Below, piece by piece: positions 37,180-52,009 of a stretch of 64,000 bases of DNA. The number at the start of each line of letters is the position of its first letter. Within the stretch, counting starts at the first letter, position 1. The stretch is from NCBI GenBank assembly GCA_030704615.1, contig CM060731.1, positions 77,872,001 through 77,936,000 on the forward strand, read 5' to 3'. The stretch comes from Takakia lepidozioides. Taxonomy: Eukaryota; Plantae; Bryophyta. The notes beneath the pieces are model-generated. The model made no database searches. It was not told the DNA's origin and saw only the letters and a list, made by a program, of their open reading frames with translations. A program made the translations under genes and the position numbers.

Positions 37180-40100
37180 TTAGGTTGTCAGGATGTCAGG
37201 GATAGTGGTTTGATCGCCGCCCAAAACTCTCCCACCAACGTCAGGAAAAGTTTCAAACCCAGGAAGCGGGTGTATGTTGCCATCCTGGTCGATTTTCACA
37301 GGATAGGGCATGAGATGGCCCGTCATATCAGTAGTTTCTTCTGCCACATATTGCTCCCAGTTTGCCTCTGCCAACTGGTTCGCTCTGCTCACACAGTCCA
37401 GGCTTTCAGGCTCCTCAAATTGAGGCTCCAAAATCCCCAAGTGCTCCGCCCACAGTGACATTCGGAAGCCATAGATCTGCCAAGTTTCCATGCAAGTCAG
37501 AGTTGCAAGGCCCGAAAGCACAGGGTTGACCACCAATTTCAAGTAAAATGAACAATGCTGGATAGCCCTCAGCAGACAGAGGGAAGCATAAAACTACTAT
37601 GTTTTGTGCTGACTTCATCAATGAAGCATTCTGAGATGAAGCACAAGTAAGATGATCAGTTGTACAGATATAAGTTTTCTTTTAAACTCCTTTCTCTTGG
37701 AAAAGAGAGCAACTTTCCGGTCCAGTGTGATGGATACTCTCTCTGTGGATGTTATAAAGTTTAGATTCTTTCTTTCTTTGTTCTGTCACAGTCACATGCA
37801 AATTGTTAGGACACAACTTTCGAGATGGAACCAAGGGAGGGGCTCAAGAAAACTTGACCCTCCCTCGGTTTCATCTATGAGTGGTCCTTTGAGATGAATC
37901 ATACAGCAAATCCTCACAACTTTATGCAAGTCAGAATGGCCTTACAACAGTAAATATGAGTCTTTCTATTGGAACAAGCCTCCAGCTACCTCCTCCGGCC
38001 CCGACTACTTCAACCCCATATTTCCCCTTATCTCCTCTCCCCACTAGTCAAGAAGTCATAAAAATTTCCAGGTTGAATTTCTGATGAACATATTGATCAA
38101 CACACCTGCCCACGTGGGTGTCTGTTCTTGCGTGACCAAGTAAAATGTGGTTGATAGCTCCCCATGTTGATCTCTGTGTCACGCGAACCATCCATGGACC
38201 GCTGGTTGATGTTGGCAGACCCCAAAGTGACAAATTCGTCATCAACTATCATTCCCTTAGCATGCACGTAAATCATGAAACGCCTATGTTTCTGGACTTG
38301 TCCCTGCAAATCAACAATCAAAACATGCATCAATAACATAAGCTTCCTCTTATGCTTACTGCAGATAAATCTTTATTGATACGGGCATTTTAGTCTTGAT
38401 ACATTCTCTTCAACAAACTCAACGAAGAGATTAAGTTAAAGTTTATCATCCGATAAACAGTACCTACACTGCTTAGATGGAAAATGCTCAAACTGGGAGT
38501 TCTGATCTCAATCCGACCCTCACATTCTTGAGCAACCTGCTATATTAGTCGTTAAGGGTGGTACTGCTCCAGACTACCCCTACTACAACAAAAGAACCTT
38601 ATTCTCCCCACATAGAAAACCATCAACGAGGATGAGTTGGAGGTCAGTCCTGACTACTCAAATTGAAATTGAAATTGGAGCTCTTGCAACATAGCAAGCT
38701 TCGGTTTCAGTACTGTAATCTAAATTACAGACTAATCGCCATATTTTACTCCATAGCTAGACGACACATAGAAAGAAAGAGTGCAGGGCCTTGAACAAAT
38801 CAAAAGAGGACATTAGCTTACAAGCTTGGAGTTTTCACTGGGTGGTTTCGTTGGTTCTGGTTCTCCAGGTCTTTTCACCTCCCGGTTGCCAAGACAGTAG
38901 AAGTTCAGGTAGTCCTGTGGATGGCGCTCTTCACTGAGACCAACATCGCGCAACGCATCCGCAATCAATATATACATCATCTTCATCGTTTGTGACTATG
39001 TTCATGACCCCCCCAACCCACACACCAACTCACTCAGCTCAAAACTCCAGAGACAACTTATGTACACTGGGAAGTAGGTCATGGATTAAGATGGTAGGCC
39101 ATTCAAGTGCAGGTGTCCTCATTCTAGTGTTCAACAGAGGGTCCAACACATTGATGACTGAAAAGCAAGTTCTGAAATGTTTTGAAGAAATACTCAAACT
39201 GAAGAATAGAGAACAGACACTGGAATTTTCACATCCATGGTCCCCTCATTAATCAAGTTCCTGGGTCAGGAAATTGATCCCAAACTGAGTAGAGACGCAG
39301 TGATTGAAACTGCAACCTCAAGGTATGACCAATCAGGAAATCAAATAGTAAAAGAAGGAAGAGAAACTGCCAAGCTAAAGCTGCCCACACCGGAATCAGA
39401 CATACGAGATCGGAATGCTCTGCACACAGTCAATGACCAAAAGCAGAACCTGACTCCTGCAGGAGCCATGATATGCAAAATGTAGGACTACAAGATGGCA
39501 AGAACTCCACGTGGAGGTGGATCATTCGCAAACAACACAACACCTGAAAGAAAAGAATCTCTTGCACGGCAGCGCTGTCTGGAGCTCCTTCAGGCCACAT
39601 GGGCAGGACAATATACACAGCAAACCTTTGACCCGCTCTAATTTTCTTTGCAACCTTCAAGGCTAGCTCCATTGGAATGAGGTTATCGGCACCTGCTCTC
39701 AACAACATCACCACCCATTGCCTCACTTAGAAAATTCTCATGTTACCAGTCTACTAAAACTTTGACCAGGACGTTATTCAGGAAAGACAATACCAGAGTG
39801 GGAACATAAATGGTCTCCTCTTTGTGAGACGAACTCGTTTACCTCCTACCGTGAACACTGACCATGATGCAGACTCAACAAATCACTCCACTATGATGTA
39901 TGAAGCTAAACCTCTTCGTGCCATAGCCCTGGAGTCTTTGAAAGAAACTTTATAACATCCATGGGGGAGAGACAGAAAGAAGAAGACAGTCAACAAATTT
40001 TATTGCATCTGAGGCTTGGTCGGAAAGCAACTTCAAGCATCTATAGAAGCCCCAAAGAAAGAAGTAAGAAATGAAATGAAATAAGAAAGAGATGGAGAAA

Positions 40101-43100
40101 TAAAGTCTGGTGGAGACACAAAGAAAGAAGGCAATCCGTAGACAGAAAGCCCAAAAATCGTGTAGGGAAATAATGCAACATCAACAAAGAAAGTACTAGA
40201 AAACCACTCGACTTACGATACAAGGTGCAGGAGGAAAAGAGATGATGCTCTGCCTCCATTTCTCACATGGTGCAAACTGGGCGAGCCCTTTGGTTGTATG
40301 GCTAGTTCGGGCATTTGGCCCTTTGAGATTGTGCAAGCTGCCGCTGGAAAGTTCTCCGAGCTGGTCAGCAATTTGGAGAATGTGGCAGACAAATCATATG
40401 GCATCAGGATGCAGTTATCTACAACATCAAGGAAGTTCAGTTTGGGGTGAGCAGATGGATTGTGTAGTCCTCAAAGCTGGTCAGCGATTTGGAGAAGGAG
40501 GCAAACAATTTGTGTAGCAGGATGCGGTTGTCTCTATCATCAACAAAGTTCTCCTTGAACTGGAGTTTTCAGGTAAGCAGACACATTGGGCCCTATGTAT
40601 TCATCACATGGATCTTCCAACGGTCCTCTTTGATCAGGATGTTATTGTCATGCTTCAGGAGGATCACTCCTCCTGGGATCAGTTGGAAAACAAGGTGCCC
40701 ACATGGACCTTGAATTGAAAGAAGAAACCAGATGAAGAAGTGCCACAGCCAGTCCAGTGAGGGCAGTATCAGAAACCAACTGAGTTCGCAGAAAGGGTTT
40801 GATCTCTTTCTGTGCAGGGCATCACATAGAGACAGAGACCTAATGGATGTAGTGCTCCATGATAAAGAGACAGGCTCACCATAGAATCATTCGAACTTCA
40901 AGGGAACTCCCCCAAGGTCAAAACATTCCTCAAAAAAATGGCCTTACTAATTTGTTCAGTATATGGTGTGAGATGTGGAGATTTCAGAAGGAGGAAGAAT
41001 CTGACGGCCTTGTAGACCCTTTTGGCCTAAGTGGTTGTTACATCCTGTGGAGTTCTCTGGGCAAGAGACAATCCGTTGGAGTTTGAGGCCTCATTGGGGA
41101 TCGTCATTTTTCTGGGCAAGATCGAGTCACTACCAGGCCTTTTGCTTCTGCGAGAGCGCTTGTGTACTAGCCGGCCCAGCAGGCTTTCTGTGAAAGACAA
41201 ACTGTACACAGAAGAGTTGCCACCATTTGCATGTCCCTGGTGCTGGCATTCACTGGCTTGGCTGCTTCTAAAACCTTAGGCTTCTTGGTTTTCAAAGGCT
41301 TCTGCCTTTATTTTGGGTCTTCAACCTCCTGTATTGCGTTCAGGGCTTCTGCACTTTGAAGTTTTTCTTAGCTTTGCCAACGTCTCACATGAGGAGGTTT
41401 CTGATAAAATTTGGTATTTGTTCTTGCCCATTTCCCGTCCGCAAAAAATTGGAGAGAGAATGCTTACCAGCGTTCTTGTAGTCGGGCCAATTGTAAGATG
41501 ATCCGATGAAGTACTGATTTTCAATGTATATGAAATGCTGGGATGCACGAATGGCTCTGATGTAGGCCAGCTGAATGCTTGAGTCAACAGAAATGTTCTT
41601 CTTCCATGTAAGATTCTGTGCCCACCCCCAAGAACGTAAGGGGAGATATTCATCGCTTATCACACATTCGGCTCCTCAGCTCCATTAATTTCTTTGGCCC
41701 CTAATGGCCCACCTCTTGTAACTCATTATTTTGCTCTTGAGCACTCCTACCTGCCTATTGTATTGACTACAAAAAGAGTATTCCGTACATCATAAACTAC
41801 TCAACACTAACTCTTTGCAACGTACTAGGAGGCAATAAAGCCTGATATACCTGCTTTTCTGCATCGCCAGCATTCTTCGGGAACCCCTTGGCCGATCCTG
41901 AATCAATTGACCGCAATATCTAAAACAACCTCCAAGCAACGGCCATCATCATAAAATCTCTCATGTGTGTGACTATAATACTGCAGACTGTCCAGAAAGA
42001 TAGATGACATGAGCTTCAGTAGTCTTTGCTTACCACATCCTTATAGTTATAGGAGGTAAGGCACATGGAGATAGAGATCAGACTTACATTTGACATTTTA
42101 TGGGAAGAACTGAGATATTATTTTACAGCATCGGCCGAAAGCTCCAAGAGCATATGGGACGAGAGAAAGCAAGAATAAAGAAAGAGAGAGGGGCCCTCCA
42201 CAAGCAGCCCAAAAACAACCATTGCTCAAGGGAAAGAAAGAAGGAGGCCCAAAGGGATAAGGCAAGAGAAAGGAGACAGAAGGAAATGAAGTGAGTCCAT
42301 GAGGGGCCCAAGAGACAGAGAGAGAGTGTTGTTTAGTGATGTTTAGAGTAGTTAGGTCCTAGATCTTTAGATCTTCACACACCTGAACCATGTTCAGCCC
42401 TTTCAACATAGATCTGTATATGTTCCTTAAACCACAGGACCATAGAAACCAGATTTTGAACTATCCAAGATCAAGTCAATAGCATTCAGGTTTTAAGAAT
42501 GTATAAAGCCTCCATACATAGATTCCCTTTGAACAATCACAATTTAGCCATAGTTTCATGGCTGTTGAGAAATTCCATAAACCAACAAGGTCTGTTCCAA
42601 GATTGCTAGGCGTGTGCAACTTGAAGCCAACTCAATCCCAGACCATCTGCATTACTCACCAGCTGTCTCTGATACCAATAACAGTGTGAATAAGTTCATG
42701 AGTTTCTAACAAATTTCTAGTGCCTCTGATAGAATAAACCTGCCATACAAGATAAAATGTCTCAGCACACAGATTTATACCTATACAAGGCATAAGGTTA
42801 GAAACCAGAATAGGATCTTCATGTTCCTGAACAGGGTCACTCTCTGGTGAGAATACCCCAGACAATGCAACAGAAAATGGATGCTGTCTTCAGGATGCCC
42901 GCATCGGGCAACTACAACTTCCTTTCCCTCTCTGCATCTGTTTATTGTTCAAAGGTAGGCTCCCACCCCAAGTTTAAATTCCAGTCTAGTGCTGAGGGTG
43001 GGTAGGCCCTTCAGATCATCCCGAAGGTCCTTGCCCAGGTCACAGACTGGAGAGAGACAGACACAGAAGAAATGCAAAAGAAAGACTTTCCAAATCCACA

Positions 43101-46100
43101 AGGGCCCCATGGGCACAGGGGACAGTAGAACAGAAAAAGAAAAAGAGAACGTACTCGTAAGACGTTGTTTGCCGTAGCCTTGTGGCCACTGACCCCGCGC
43201 CCAGTTTGAGCGGCACACAAAGGGACAGAAACTACCTTTGTCGGGGCCTGAAGCCGGAGGTATGACTTACCTTGAAACAGACAATTGATCCGAGTTCTCC
43301 AGCTATCCTCTAGAAATCCCTTCACACAAACATCAATCTGCTGTGTGTGATTTGCCCAATAACTAGACCCCAGAAGGGCCTGGGCTTGAGGCTCAGCCTC
43401 AAGATTTTCAAAGTTGGTCAACAGAGGTACAGAAACAATTCCCTCGATGAATTTGAAGAGGGTGTCTCTCTGGTGAGAGTGCCCAGGACAATGAATCAGA
43501 AAGTGGATATTGTCTTCAGGTTGCCCACACAACAGGCATTTGCAAACAAAAGAGAAAGAGAGAAAGAAACAATGACATTTACCATGGCTGAGGGGGTCCC
43601 AAGAGGCCTGTGGGACATGAAGATTTCTCTATCAACTCCACAGGATGCCCAGAGGGCTGCATGAGTCAACACTCAAACCCCGGGAGAACCACTGAAAAAG
43701 ATGTCAGAAAACTTCAAGCATTGCCTTGAGACAGAGATAAGCTGCCAAACATTTATGGTCCTCTATCAAAGAGCACTGCATGGTCTTTGATACATAACTA
43801 GGAATGGTTGCCTTTTAACTCAAGAAAATCAACTCATTTCAAGTGTCTAGTTGAGGAATCACCTGAGTATGCCATGTGTTAATATCATCATCATGAGTCA
43901 CGTACAGTGCAGGATCTCCATCGGGAGTGGACTCCGAAGGACTCAGGATCCATGAGATGCGGTGAATTTGAACAAGCTCATCTCGATGCCAGCGTGCAGC
44001 CTTTCTCCAACGCTGCTCAAAGTTGGTGAGGACATCATATGCAGCTGGACCTTCGATTTTAGAATGCAAATCATGCCACGGTTCCCTAGGGCCTCCTCCC
44101 TCAGCCCCCACCTGTTACACAGCAGATTGACAACGGCCCTCAACCTTGCTATACTGGATCCTCTCTCTAAGATCCTCTTATCTCCCTCACCTGCTCCTCA
44201 ACACTGCTAATCTTCTATTAGGTGGCCAAGGAAAGTCCACAAAACCATGGCTTAGTAGAGTCCAAGAGTACTGTGCCTTGAATTCAGGATATCATGGATG
44301 CATGAATCAATTAGCAAGGGGCTAGGTTATCGTTTGTGATAAGGTTGGAAGGAATAGATGGAGTTGTAGGCACACTGGGTGGTCCATTGTAAGACACCCT
44401 AATTAACAAAGCGGAAACTAGAAACCTAAGACATGGCCTAATACAATGAAATCATGGACTCTTCCTAGAACTGTGTAGGTCTGGAGTGGATATTCCTCCT
44501 TCCTGTGGTCTGGAATAAGTCTCAGAAATACATACCACGACTTGCAAGTTCTAACCCCTGCTAAGTACACTGACAGAACCTAAGACACTTCCTACGATGG
44601 GAAAGCTCTCGCAACGGACATACAGAGCAGAGAGAGCTGAAGAGGAGAAGTGAGACATTTGACTTCAAAAGAAACTCACCGGGAAAGTGGGATTGTGAAA
44701 GTCATCTTTGTGTACAGTTTGTAGGGTACGAAAAAGAGAATGGTCAGGGGTGTCCCAGCGGCCATCACATAGATCGAGGCCGCCGATGAAAGAAGTTATT
44801 TTTCTCTTGTTGGCTGGCCCTTGACTGTCAACTACTGTCATTTTCTGGTGGTGAGTATATAGAGTACCCACTACCTGCAGCACTCTCAAAGAGACCCACA
44901 AACCAACAAAGCTGTATCATTCTGAGCAATGACAACCCAAGACATTCACAGTGAAGCTCATGACACTGTAGTTAAAAAAAACAAAATACTAGATCAAAAT
45001 GATACAAACTGGCCTAGCTCCTTCAAAGTGCTCATCAGTGTAACCAGAAAATACAGAACTCAGGCTCCACACAAAGAACAGCTATCTGAGCCACTTGCGA
45101 TTCCAACAAAACTTTGAGTCCATATTTCCCCCTAGACTAACACCCTGAAAAAGTGCACCTGTTGCCTGAACCAGCTGAGCTTGCTGTCACCATAGCGCGG
45201 AGCCAGCACACAGCGTACAGCAGAGTGTTTGAAAAACTTCTTGGTCTCTTCATCATGCACCCCCATCACACCCTCCTACAAACATAGAAAAGAAACTTTT
45301 GCACTCAGCTGACCCAGTAACAGTCAAGGCACCACTGCAAAGTTGAAAGCTCCGTGTCTACCCTGACCTCTCTCTTACCCCCTGTCCCTTTTGTTCCCGC
45401 TCAAACTGGGCGCGGGGTCAATGGCCACAAGGCTACGGCAAACAACGTCTTATGAGTACAATCTCTTACCCCAGGCACCATTCCCTTCAATCTTATTGGA
45501 ATGTCTGCCATTGTGACCTCAAACTGACTGATGATCCAAACCCCCCAAAAAGAACAAAACCATGCATAGACCAGCCAGGGTGGATATGAACAACAGGTAG
45601 AGCCTGTTTGCAACCATGAATTTTTACTAACAACACAACACCACACAACATAGCTCAGAGTTCCAAAATGTGGGAGTTGAATTTTCGGTGTTGCAGTAAT
45701 TTATATCTATTAGTTGTGGCATCCGCAGATTAATGCAGCTGTGTGTAGTAAGTCAAGTGCAATAATAATACAACTCTTCCCCACTGACAGTGCTGAGTAC
45801 CTATCAAGTCCAACTAACACCACAGGATATAACAAGGGAATCGGCACATTTTCACCATCTCTTGCATCTCAAAGTGAAAGGAACTTTAGTCTCAAGTGCT
45901 AGTTACTCTCCTCCATATAATACTCCAGTCAACAGAAGAAACGTATCACACTCTACAAAATGTGCATTAAGTTACTGGGGGGGGGGGGGGGGTGTTTGTG
46001 ACTGAGCAGCAGCACCTATGCTCAACTAAATGATGAGAGCGCATTCAACCCTACCGTTTTGATGAAGCCTTTGTCGTGGGACGTTTTGTCATCCCAGGCC

Positions 46101-47011
46101 AGAACCAGAACGCGCACTCCCTCAGTAGCCTTCCTCTTCAAGAGTTCTCCAAGTGTCAAATTCTCATCATCAGGAATCAGCCGGTTGGGGTCACGCACTA
46201 GCTTGACCTTAGTGTAGATTGACCACCCTGCTATGTACACCAAATGGTGAGCCTCTAGAATAGCCATGCACAATTCCTCCCAGCATGGCCTGCGCTCGTA
46301 TTTGATCCCACCCTCAAGCCATATGTCAGGAAGGTTGTTGTCATAAACATGGGCATCTTGGTAGAGCGTAACATCACATCCCTTTCGAGGAGGAAAATAG
46401 GCATTGGGTAGGACATAGAAACCACGCCCATTTCCAACCCCCTGTGTAAAAAGTGGGTCTTCCTCCACTGGATGGTACTGAATGGTGAGACGCAATGCTG
46501 CACCCTCACGGATTTGTTTCCCTTGAGCATTTACCACTGGGTACCAGCCCTCAACAGTAGCCCCATGGATTACCTGCTCGGCAGGTATTTTCACACACCC
46601 CATGAGTTGAGCCCCCAGTATATCATCATCCTTTACTGTGATCACGATCTCCGATACAGAATGTGCGACAGGAATTGAAAAGTGCTCCATCCACTTGGGG
46701 TTTGCATCATTTGATATGACACGCGTACGAGCCACCCGGGCACCAGCGAGAACTACGGTGGCATAGGGGTCACTGGTCATCACCTTGTATTGGTGGCTGC
46801 GTTCATGCTGCCTTGCAAAGTAGGAACGGCATTGGCGGAACTTTTGAGAAACCACATCCATGTTGGGCAAATTGACTGCCTCATACAGCCACACATCTAG
46901 TGTTCCGTGCAATAGAACATACGCCACCGATTTATGTCCTGACGCATGTGTTTCCATGGCACTGTCCGTTTGCTGGCAGTCTGCTCTCACCGACGCTCCA
47001 CTATTGCTCAA
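37180..47011 (-). CDS. PLD: C2-type phospholipase D (delta-like); exons approx 47015-46055, 45275-45159, 44874-44680, 44110-43864, 41920-41851, ~41610-41468, 39693-39544, 38991-38822, 38304-38105, 37477-37180
   Basis: C2 domain ([30 protein letters not shown]), [18 protein letters not shown] (HKD1), [48 protein letters not shown] (HKD2), [15 protein letters not shown]-stop. Confidence 0.92.
43150..43545 (-). mobile_element. 5'-truncated LINE 3' end within a PLD intron
   Basis: zf-RVT-like [16 protein letters not shown] followed by W..R; ends in the 60-bp tail found dispersed elsewhere in the window. Confidence 0.7.
45401..45459 (+). repeat. Dispersed ~60-bp LINE-tail repeat (TCAAACTGGGCGCGGGGTCAATGGCCACAAGGCTACGGCAAACAACGTCTTATGAGTAC)
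   Basis: Copies at 53083-53141 (+), 43151-43209 (-), ~56458-56510 (-), ~56742-56800 (-), partial 4924-4953 (-). Confidence 0.85.
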
Positions 47012-47420
47012 GTGGCCTGTTCACCCATCTCCAAGTTCCGATTCAGGATTAATAAGGTGTCAGAAAATGAATGCAAGTTGGACTCGCAAACACAACCATC
47101 ATATCCTTGGGGAAGTTTTGGGGTCTCCCTTGGCCCTCCCCGTCTTCCGTCCTTCCTTGGAAAAGTAAATCAAGAGCTCCACTGCCCGGCCAGAACAATA
47201 AATTCTCCAACACACACAATTACCGGTGAAGCATTCATCTATCAATAGACATCGAGATGAACTTGAGTTGTGGCCCAATCCTTGAGGCACCTTTGCCCCC
47301 GAAAAGTAAGCCCTGAGAGAATGCAGCATCAACTTAGAACCTAGACGTTTTATACTTGTTTCAAGATTGAGCCATAATTATCATGTATCTCCTTGTCATG
47401 ATTGCGAGGGGTGTACTAAC

Positions 47421-48379
47421 CTGGACCACTGCTGGGGGAACCTCTAGAACCGTCCGACCGGAAGTAACCAGCCGGCGCTTGTGGACTCGGCATTCCTGGT
47501 TCATTGTGGATGTATGCCCCACCTACATAAAAGTAGAGTTTCAGCTCATGGGGTGGGCAGATCTCAATCAAAGGTTTTGCTATTACTGTATCAACTTTAA
47601 TTGTAGTCTCCAAATGAAGTAAGATTCCAAGTTATATTGGCCAAGGATGTTAACCAAGGTAAGAGATGCTTCTTAATTGTATATCGTAGATACAATCGTC
47701 ACTCCTGATTTCTACTGAATGATCAATAATGCGCAAGTCATCAAATGGAGCAGCACATGCCTCCAAAGTGGCTGTGAGAGAGACCTGAGTTTTGCCCAGA
47801 TTCCCCTTCATGCCTCCTAGTGTTGGAGTTTGCATAGCCGCCAACTTCAGGAGACTGAGGATGGGTTCTTCCTCGACCGCTTCCATGTCCTGATCCCCCA
47901 GATCCTTCCAAATGTGGTTGCTCCCAACCTTGCTGATGTGGTGGAGGTCCTGATCCACGCTCTGCAGAAAAGGACCCATACCCTTGTGCATGAGGTGGAT
48001 AGTGCGGATCTGAAACCTGAGAATGGACAGAAGGATATAGATGTGGCGCATTTCCTTGATCATTTCCAGGTGGATACAGTCCATTGCGTAGAGAAGCGTA
48101 CACCTGGGGATACAACGAGCCTCGTTGCGACTGAGGGGCACTGCCTGGTGAGTATTTAAATCCAGTCCCTTCAGAGAGCTGCTTACCACCACGCTGATAA
48201 GTTCCGTAGGCTTGCTGGGAATCGGCTAAAGACACGGTGGAGGAAGATGAAAGCGGTCCCGGAGGTCGGGTTGGTCTCGACCATTCCCTTTGTATGCCCA
48301 CTTCTCCACCTGCCGGGCCGCCCTTTCTATCCATGAAGACCAGCGGTTGATTCTCCTCACCTCTAGATGATGGCATCAT
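47421..48379 (-). CDS. Probable upstream Pro/Gly/Tyr-rich N-terminal exon(s) of the PLD gene
   Basis: 212-aa low-complexity ORF (SLYP, LYPP, PHYPPH repeats) on the same strand directly upstream, with candidate donors near 47785 and 47420 and an acceptor near 47016; linkage inferred. Confidence 0.5.
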
Positions 48380-49406
48380 ATGCTACATCAGTAAGCTACA
48401 ATATGCTGCGATGCTCATCGGTGATTTGAAGGGGAAGGCACACGCATTGCAGAGCTATGAGAACAATGGTAATTCACACTAAAAGCTGTTGCCTTCAGTG
48501 CTTTCCTACAGCTGCAAGACAGAGGCCTGTTGATATTGTCGAGGAGAGAACAAGAGCGACAGAACTGAATTGTCCCCCTCTCCGAATTTAAACCACAGCT
48601 CTGATGCAGAAAGTCATAAGAAAAAGCACAGAAGAACTGAGACAGAAGCTGCACGGCCTCAAAGAAGAAGGGGAATTCAGACGCACTAACCTTCCAGAAA
48701 CAGAAAGACGGATCCGATGGGAAACAACATGCATAGAGAGACATACCCAAGCCGCAACTTTGCAAGAGGGATCAAATGACGGAGGCAGTTGTTCAATATC
48801 ACAATCTTCTGCACATCGCAGAGAGCAGACGAGAGAATTGAGAAGAGATCGAGATACCTTAAGTTGAAGACGCCTATAGAATGGAGTCAACACTCCGCCG
48901 GGAGAAAGCAGGGGAGTTGAAGGGAAGAAGATGGGGAGAAGAGCTTGACAAGTCGCTTGTCAGCTTCGTTTGCACGACATGAAGAGGCTGTTTTTTTCCA
49001 CCATTTTCTGTGCTCGCGACATCTTGAACGCCGATCTCCGCCGTGCAAATTTGTTGCTTTCTGGATCCCTCACGCACTGCCACCTCCGAGTCGTCAAACA
49101 GAGAGAACTGTGAAACCAACAGAGTTGAAACTTCGTCCTTTGGAACTTTTTCTTTTTCTTTTTTTTAACTTCATTCCCCAACTCAAGAAAAGGAAAAAAA
49201 AAAAAGGTTGTTGAATTATTTGCATATTTCAAAGTTGCAACGTAACTGGTAGAAAACCATGAACTCAACCTTGCATCATGAGTAAGGTACTCTAATTATT
49301 GTCTATCACACTGTGCTGAACCTTTTGACCAAATCTTGAAACGACCAACGCTTATTTGACCACAATTTCCTGACCTGGAATGCAGAAATCAGGCCCAATG
49401 AGACCT

Positions 49407-51360
49407 TCAGAGGTCACTATTATACCTCTCCTCCGAGTCCGCACCAATCTCGTCCTCCCTACTATTGTTCCTTATCGCCCCTATCCCAAAGACTACATCC
49501 CAAGCCTCTAACGTGAGCACTTGCACAGCTCTGGCAATATCATACAGCATGAACGCCAGCCTGCTTCCCCCCCAGCTGCCAATTTGACTCCCCACAAGGT
49601 AGCCCACGCGCCCCATCTTCTTTTCCCCCTGCAAACATGAAAATTGTATGAGATCGAGAAAAACAAATAAGCTTCCATGTTGAAAGGCACGGGCACTCCA
49701 ACAGGTGTAGTTGATCCATTTACTCCAAAGGTATAAATGGGAAAAAGGAAGGAGGATAAGGGGAGAAACGGGGACAGAGCACACTACACGAACAGTGGAA
49801 AGTACCTGCAAGCCCCCCCACCAAGTTCCACAGAGCGTCCCTATAGCCCGCATAGACACTTCCACGACTGTGCCTCCGTAGTACAGCACTTCAAATGAAT
49901 CCCAGGCAGCTGCAAATAAGGGCCCAGATATACGTCTCGCCTTAGTTGACGTTGCTTTTGCAGCTAGTCTTGCCATCTTCTGGGCCTGCTTCCCAGCTTC
50001 TGACATTGCCATACCTTTGGACAAGGCAGACTGATAAGCCACATGATATGCCTTGTGCTTTGCTCGCTCTACAATACCCGCACGTATGTTATGCGTGTAA
50101 AGCTTCCCTCCCTCTTTTGTCACACAGGCCAAGGAGCCGAATTTGAGATCAAAGCAGTCACGCCAGGAGAAACTCCCGGTTTTGGAGGCTGATTCCTTGC
50201 TCAGATATTTCCTTGCTTGCTGAGCTGCAAAGAATTTCACCAGTCATCATCGGTTGACAAGCTTATGAATCTTAATTTCTCCTAAGCTGCACAGCTCAGC
50301 AGGAATGTCTTGTATTCCTGTAGTTCCAGCGTAAGGAGCCTATAGTTGCATGTCACACTCTCGAAACAAACCTATTGCCAGCAAAATGCAATTTCCTCAA
50401 TTGTTTTGGTTGGAAGGGCTGCAGAATCCCTGTACTTCTATGAAGTGCAATCCAGCAGTCATACTCAAGTGAAAAAACTCTACAAACAGAAATAATCCAG
50501 TCTCCTCTGGTTCCACACCGCCACATACACTTTGATTGCTGAGCACGAAAACTACTAGGGAGATGTGCAAACACACAAATGTAAGTGTCATGAGGCCTTT
50601 CCTCCTGTCTCAAATTATGGAGCCACACAGAGCAACCTCTATCCCCTCGTGGACTTTATTCATTCCAGCCTCATGAAATTATTCTTGAAAATTTCACAAG
50701 GAAAATCAAAACGCCCTTCCAGCAATTCATCCAGCAACAATAACTGATGTTGCAATTTTACCAGAATCAATATAGGCAGAACCAGACCTGGCCTTCAAAT
50801 ATGGGACCTCGTAACACAGCAGATTGCAATAAATAGTCCTTGAACCTCTCTAAGAGAATCAATGTCCTTTTGGTCAACAATTGAAAAGACGGAGTGACGG
50901 TAAAAACAAGAGGAGGACTGCCACATAGTGGCAAGAATTTTAGACAGATCTGATGTTCAGTTGTAAAACAATAGTGTCCAGAGTGAGCTTGCCAATCTGC
51001 AGAAGAGTAGGCAACACAAATTCAAACAAATTGAAGTCCATATACTGTGTCGGGAGCTTCGAACTAGAACAATGATCTGACCCGATTAATTGCTTGAGAC
51101 CTCCTGGACACAACTCTGTCTGAGCAGAGGATTGGACAAGTAGTGAAATTTTCACAACTAAGATCACGGGAAAGAAAACTTCAAGAACTGAACGGACAGA
51201 GCATAAAACCTTATTATCCAATCTTCAATAAATTTGCTGTAAGCATGCAAAACTTTCTACAGAAGGTGAAGGAATCACAAAACTTGCCAGACAAAGCTAG
51301 AACGAGGAACGCAATCACAAGTCGAAGCACCACACCACGCTGCGATAACACCTGTGCCAT
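49407..51360 (-). CDS. Uncharacterised plant protein with N-terminal hydrophobic segment and glycine-zipper-like helices; exons 51360-51288, 50224-49806, 49628-49407
   Basis: Spliced frame MAQVLSQRGVVLRLVIAFLVLALS-A-QQARKYLSKES...CFDLKFGSLACVTKEGGKLY...WWGGLQ/GEKKMGRVGYLVGSQIGSWGG; intron 1 needs a GC donor. Confidence 0.72.
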
Positions 51361-52009
51361 GCTTATCGCCACATCTCCAAATCCCCCCGAATGAAGTAGG
51401 CAGAAATTATTCACACTCTAATAAATGTCTGGACCAGAGGTTTAGGCTCGCCGCCACAAATCGTCCATCTAGACCGCATCACCTCCGCAGAGATTCAACT
51501 CAATCCCAAACACTATCAAGCCACAATCGGTGCGTCTGAATTCACAGGAAGGAAACGTGATGCATTCAGCACAGTATAACGCAATTGCCGCCATCTCTCC
51601 AGCACTCCCCTGCACAGAGTGAGCAACGAACGAAGAGAACGGACGAATGTCGACGGAAATGTTATCGTCCAACGAAAGTCAGCAGAAACGCGTGGAACGT
51701 CAGAGCTGGTCAGCACCGCCTGCCGAGGCAGACGGGGCTATTATAGTGTCGACTTCGTGAAAAGATCCTCCAGAGCTTTCTTTGCGTGTGTGTGCATAGA
51801 TCGGTATCGCTGCTGTGGATCTCGTGATTTGTTCTGTGGAGGGTTTGATCAGCTGCTGGAGGGGCACGGCGGTGAGCGAAATCTGCTTGAGGAAGGAAGC
51901 GCTGGATGATTTGGTGTTCGGACAAGTGAGTTTGTTGATCATCGTCTAGGATTGTTTGTTTGTTTGGGATTTTCTGGAGTTTGTTAGCAGAGGGGGCAGT
52001 CGCTTGACG

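Noticed and set aside
40400-42900. Possible decayed RT/RNase H fragments in PLD introns
   Set aside because: Only vague motif resemblance; no ORF or termini that I can support without a profile search.
50241-50290. Tandem in-frame TGA TGA upstream of ORF 49407-50240 as possible readthrough/selenocysteine
   Set aside because: They fall within the predicted intron upstream of the TTTGCAG acceptor at 50225.
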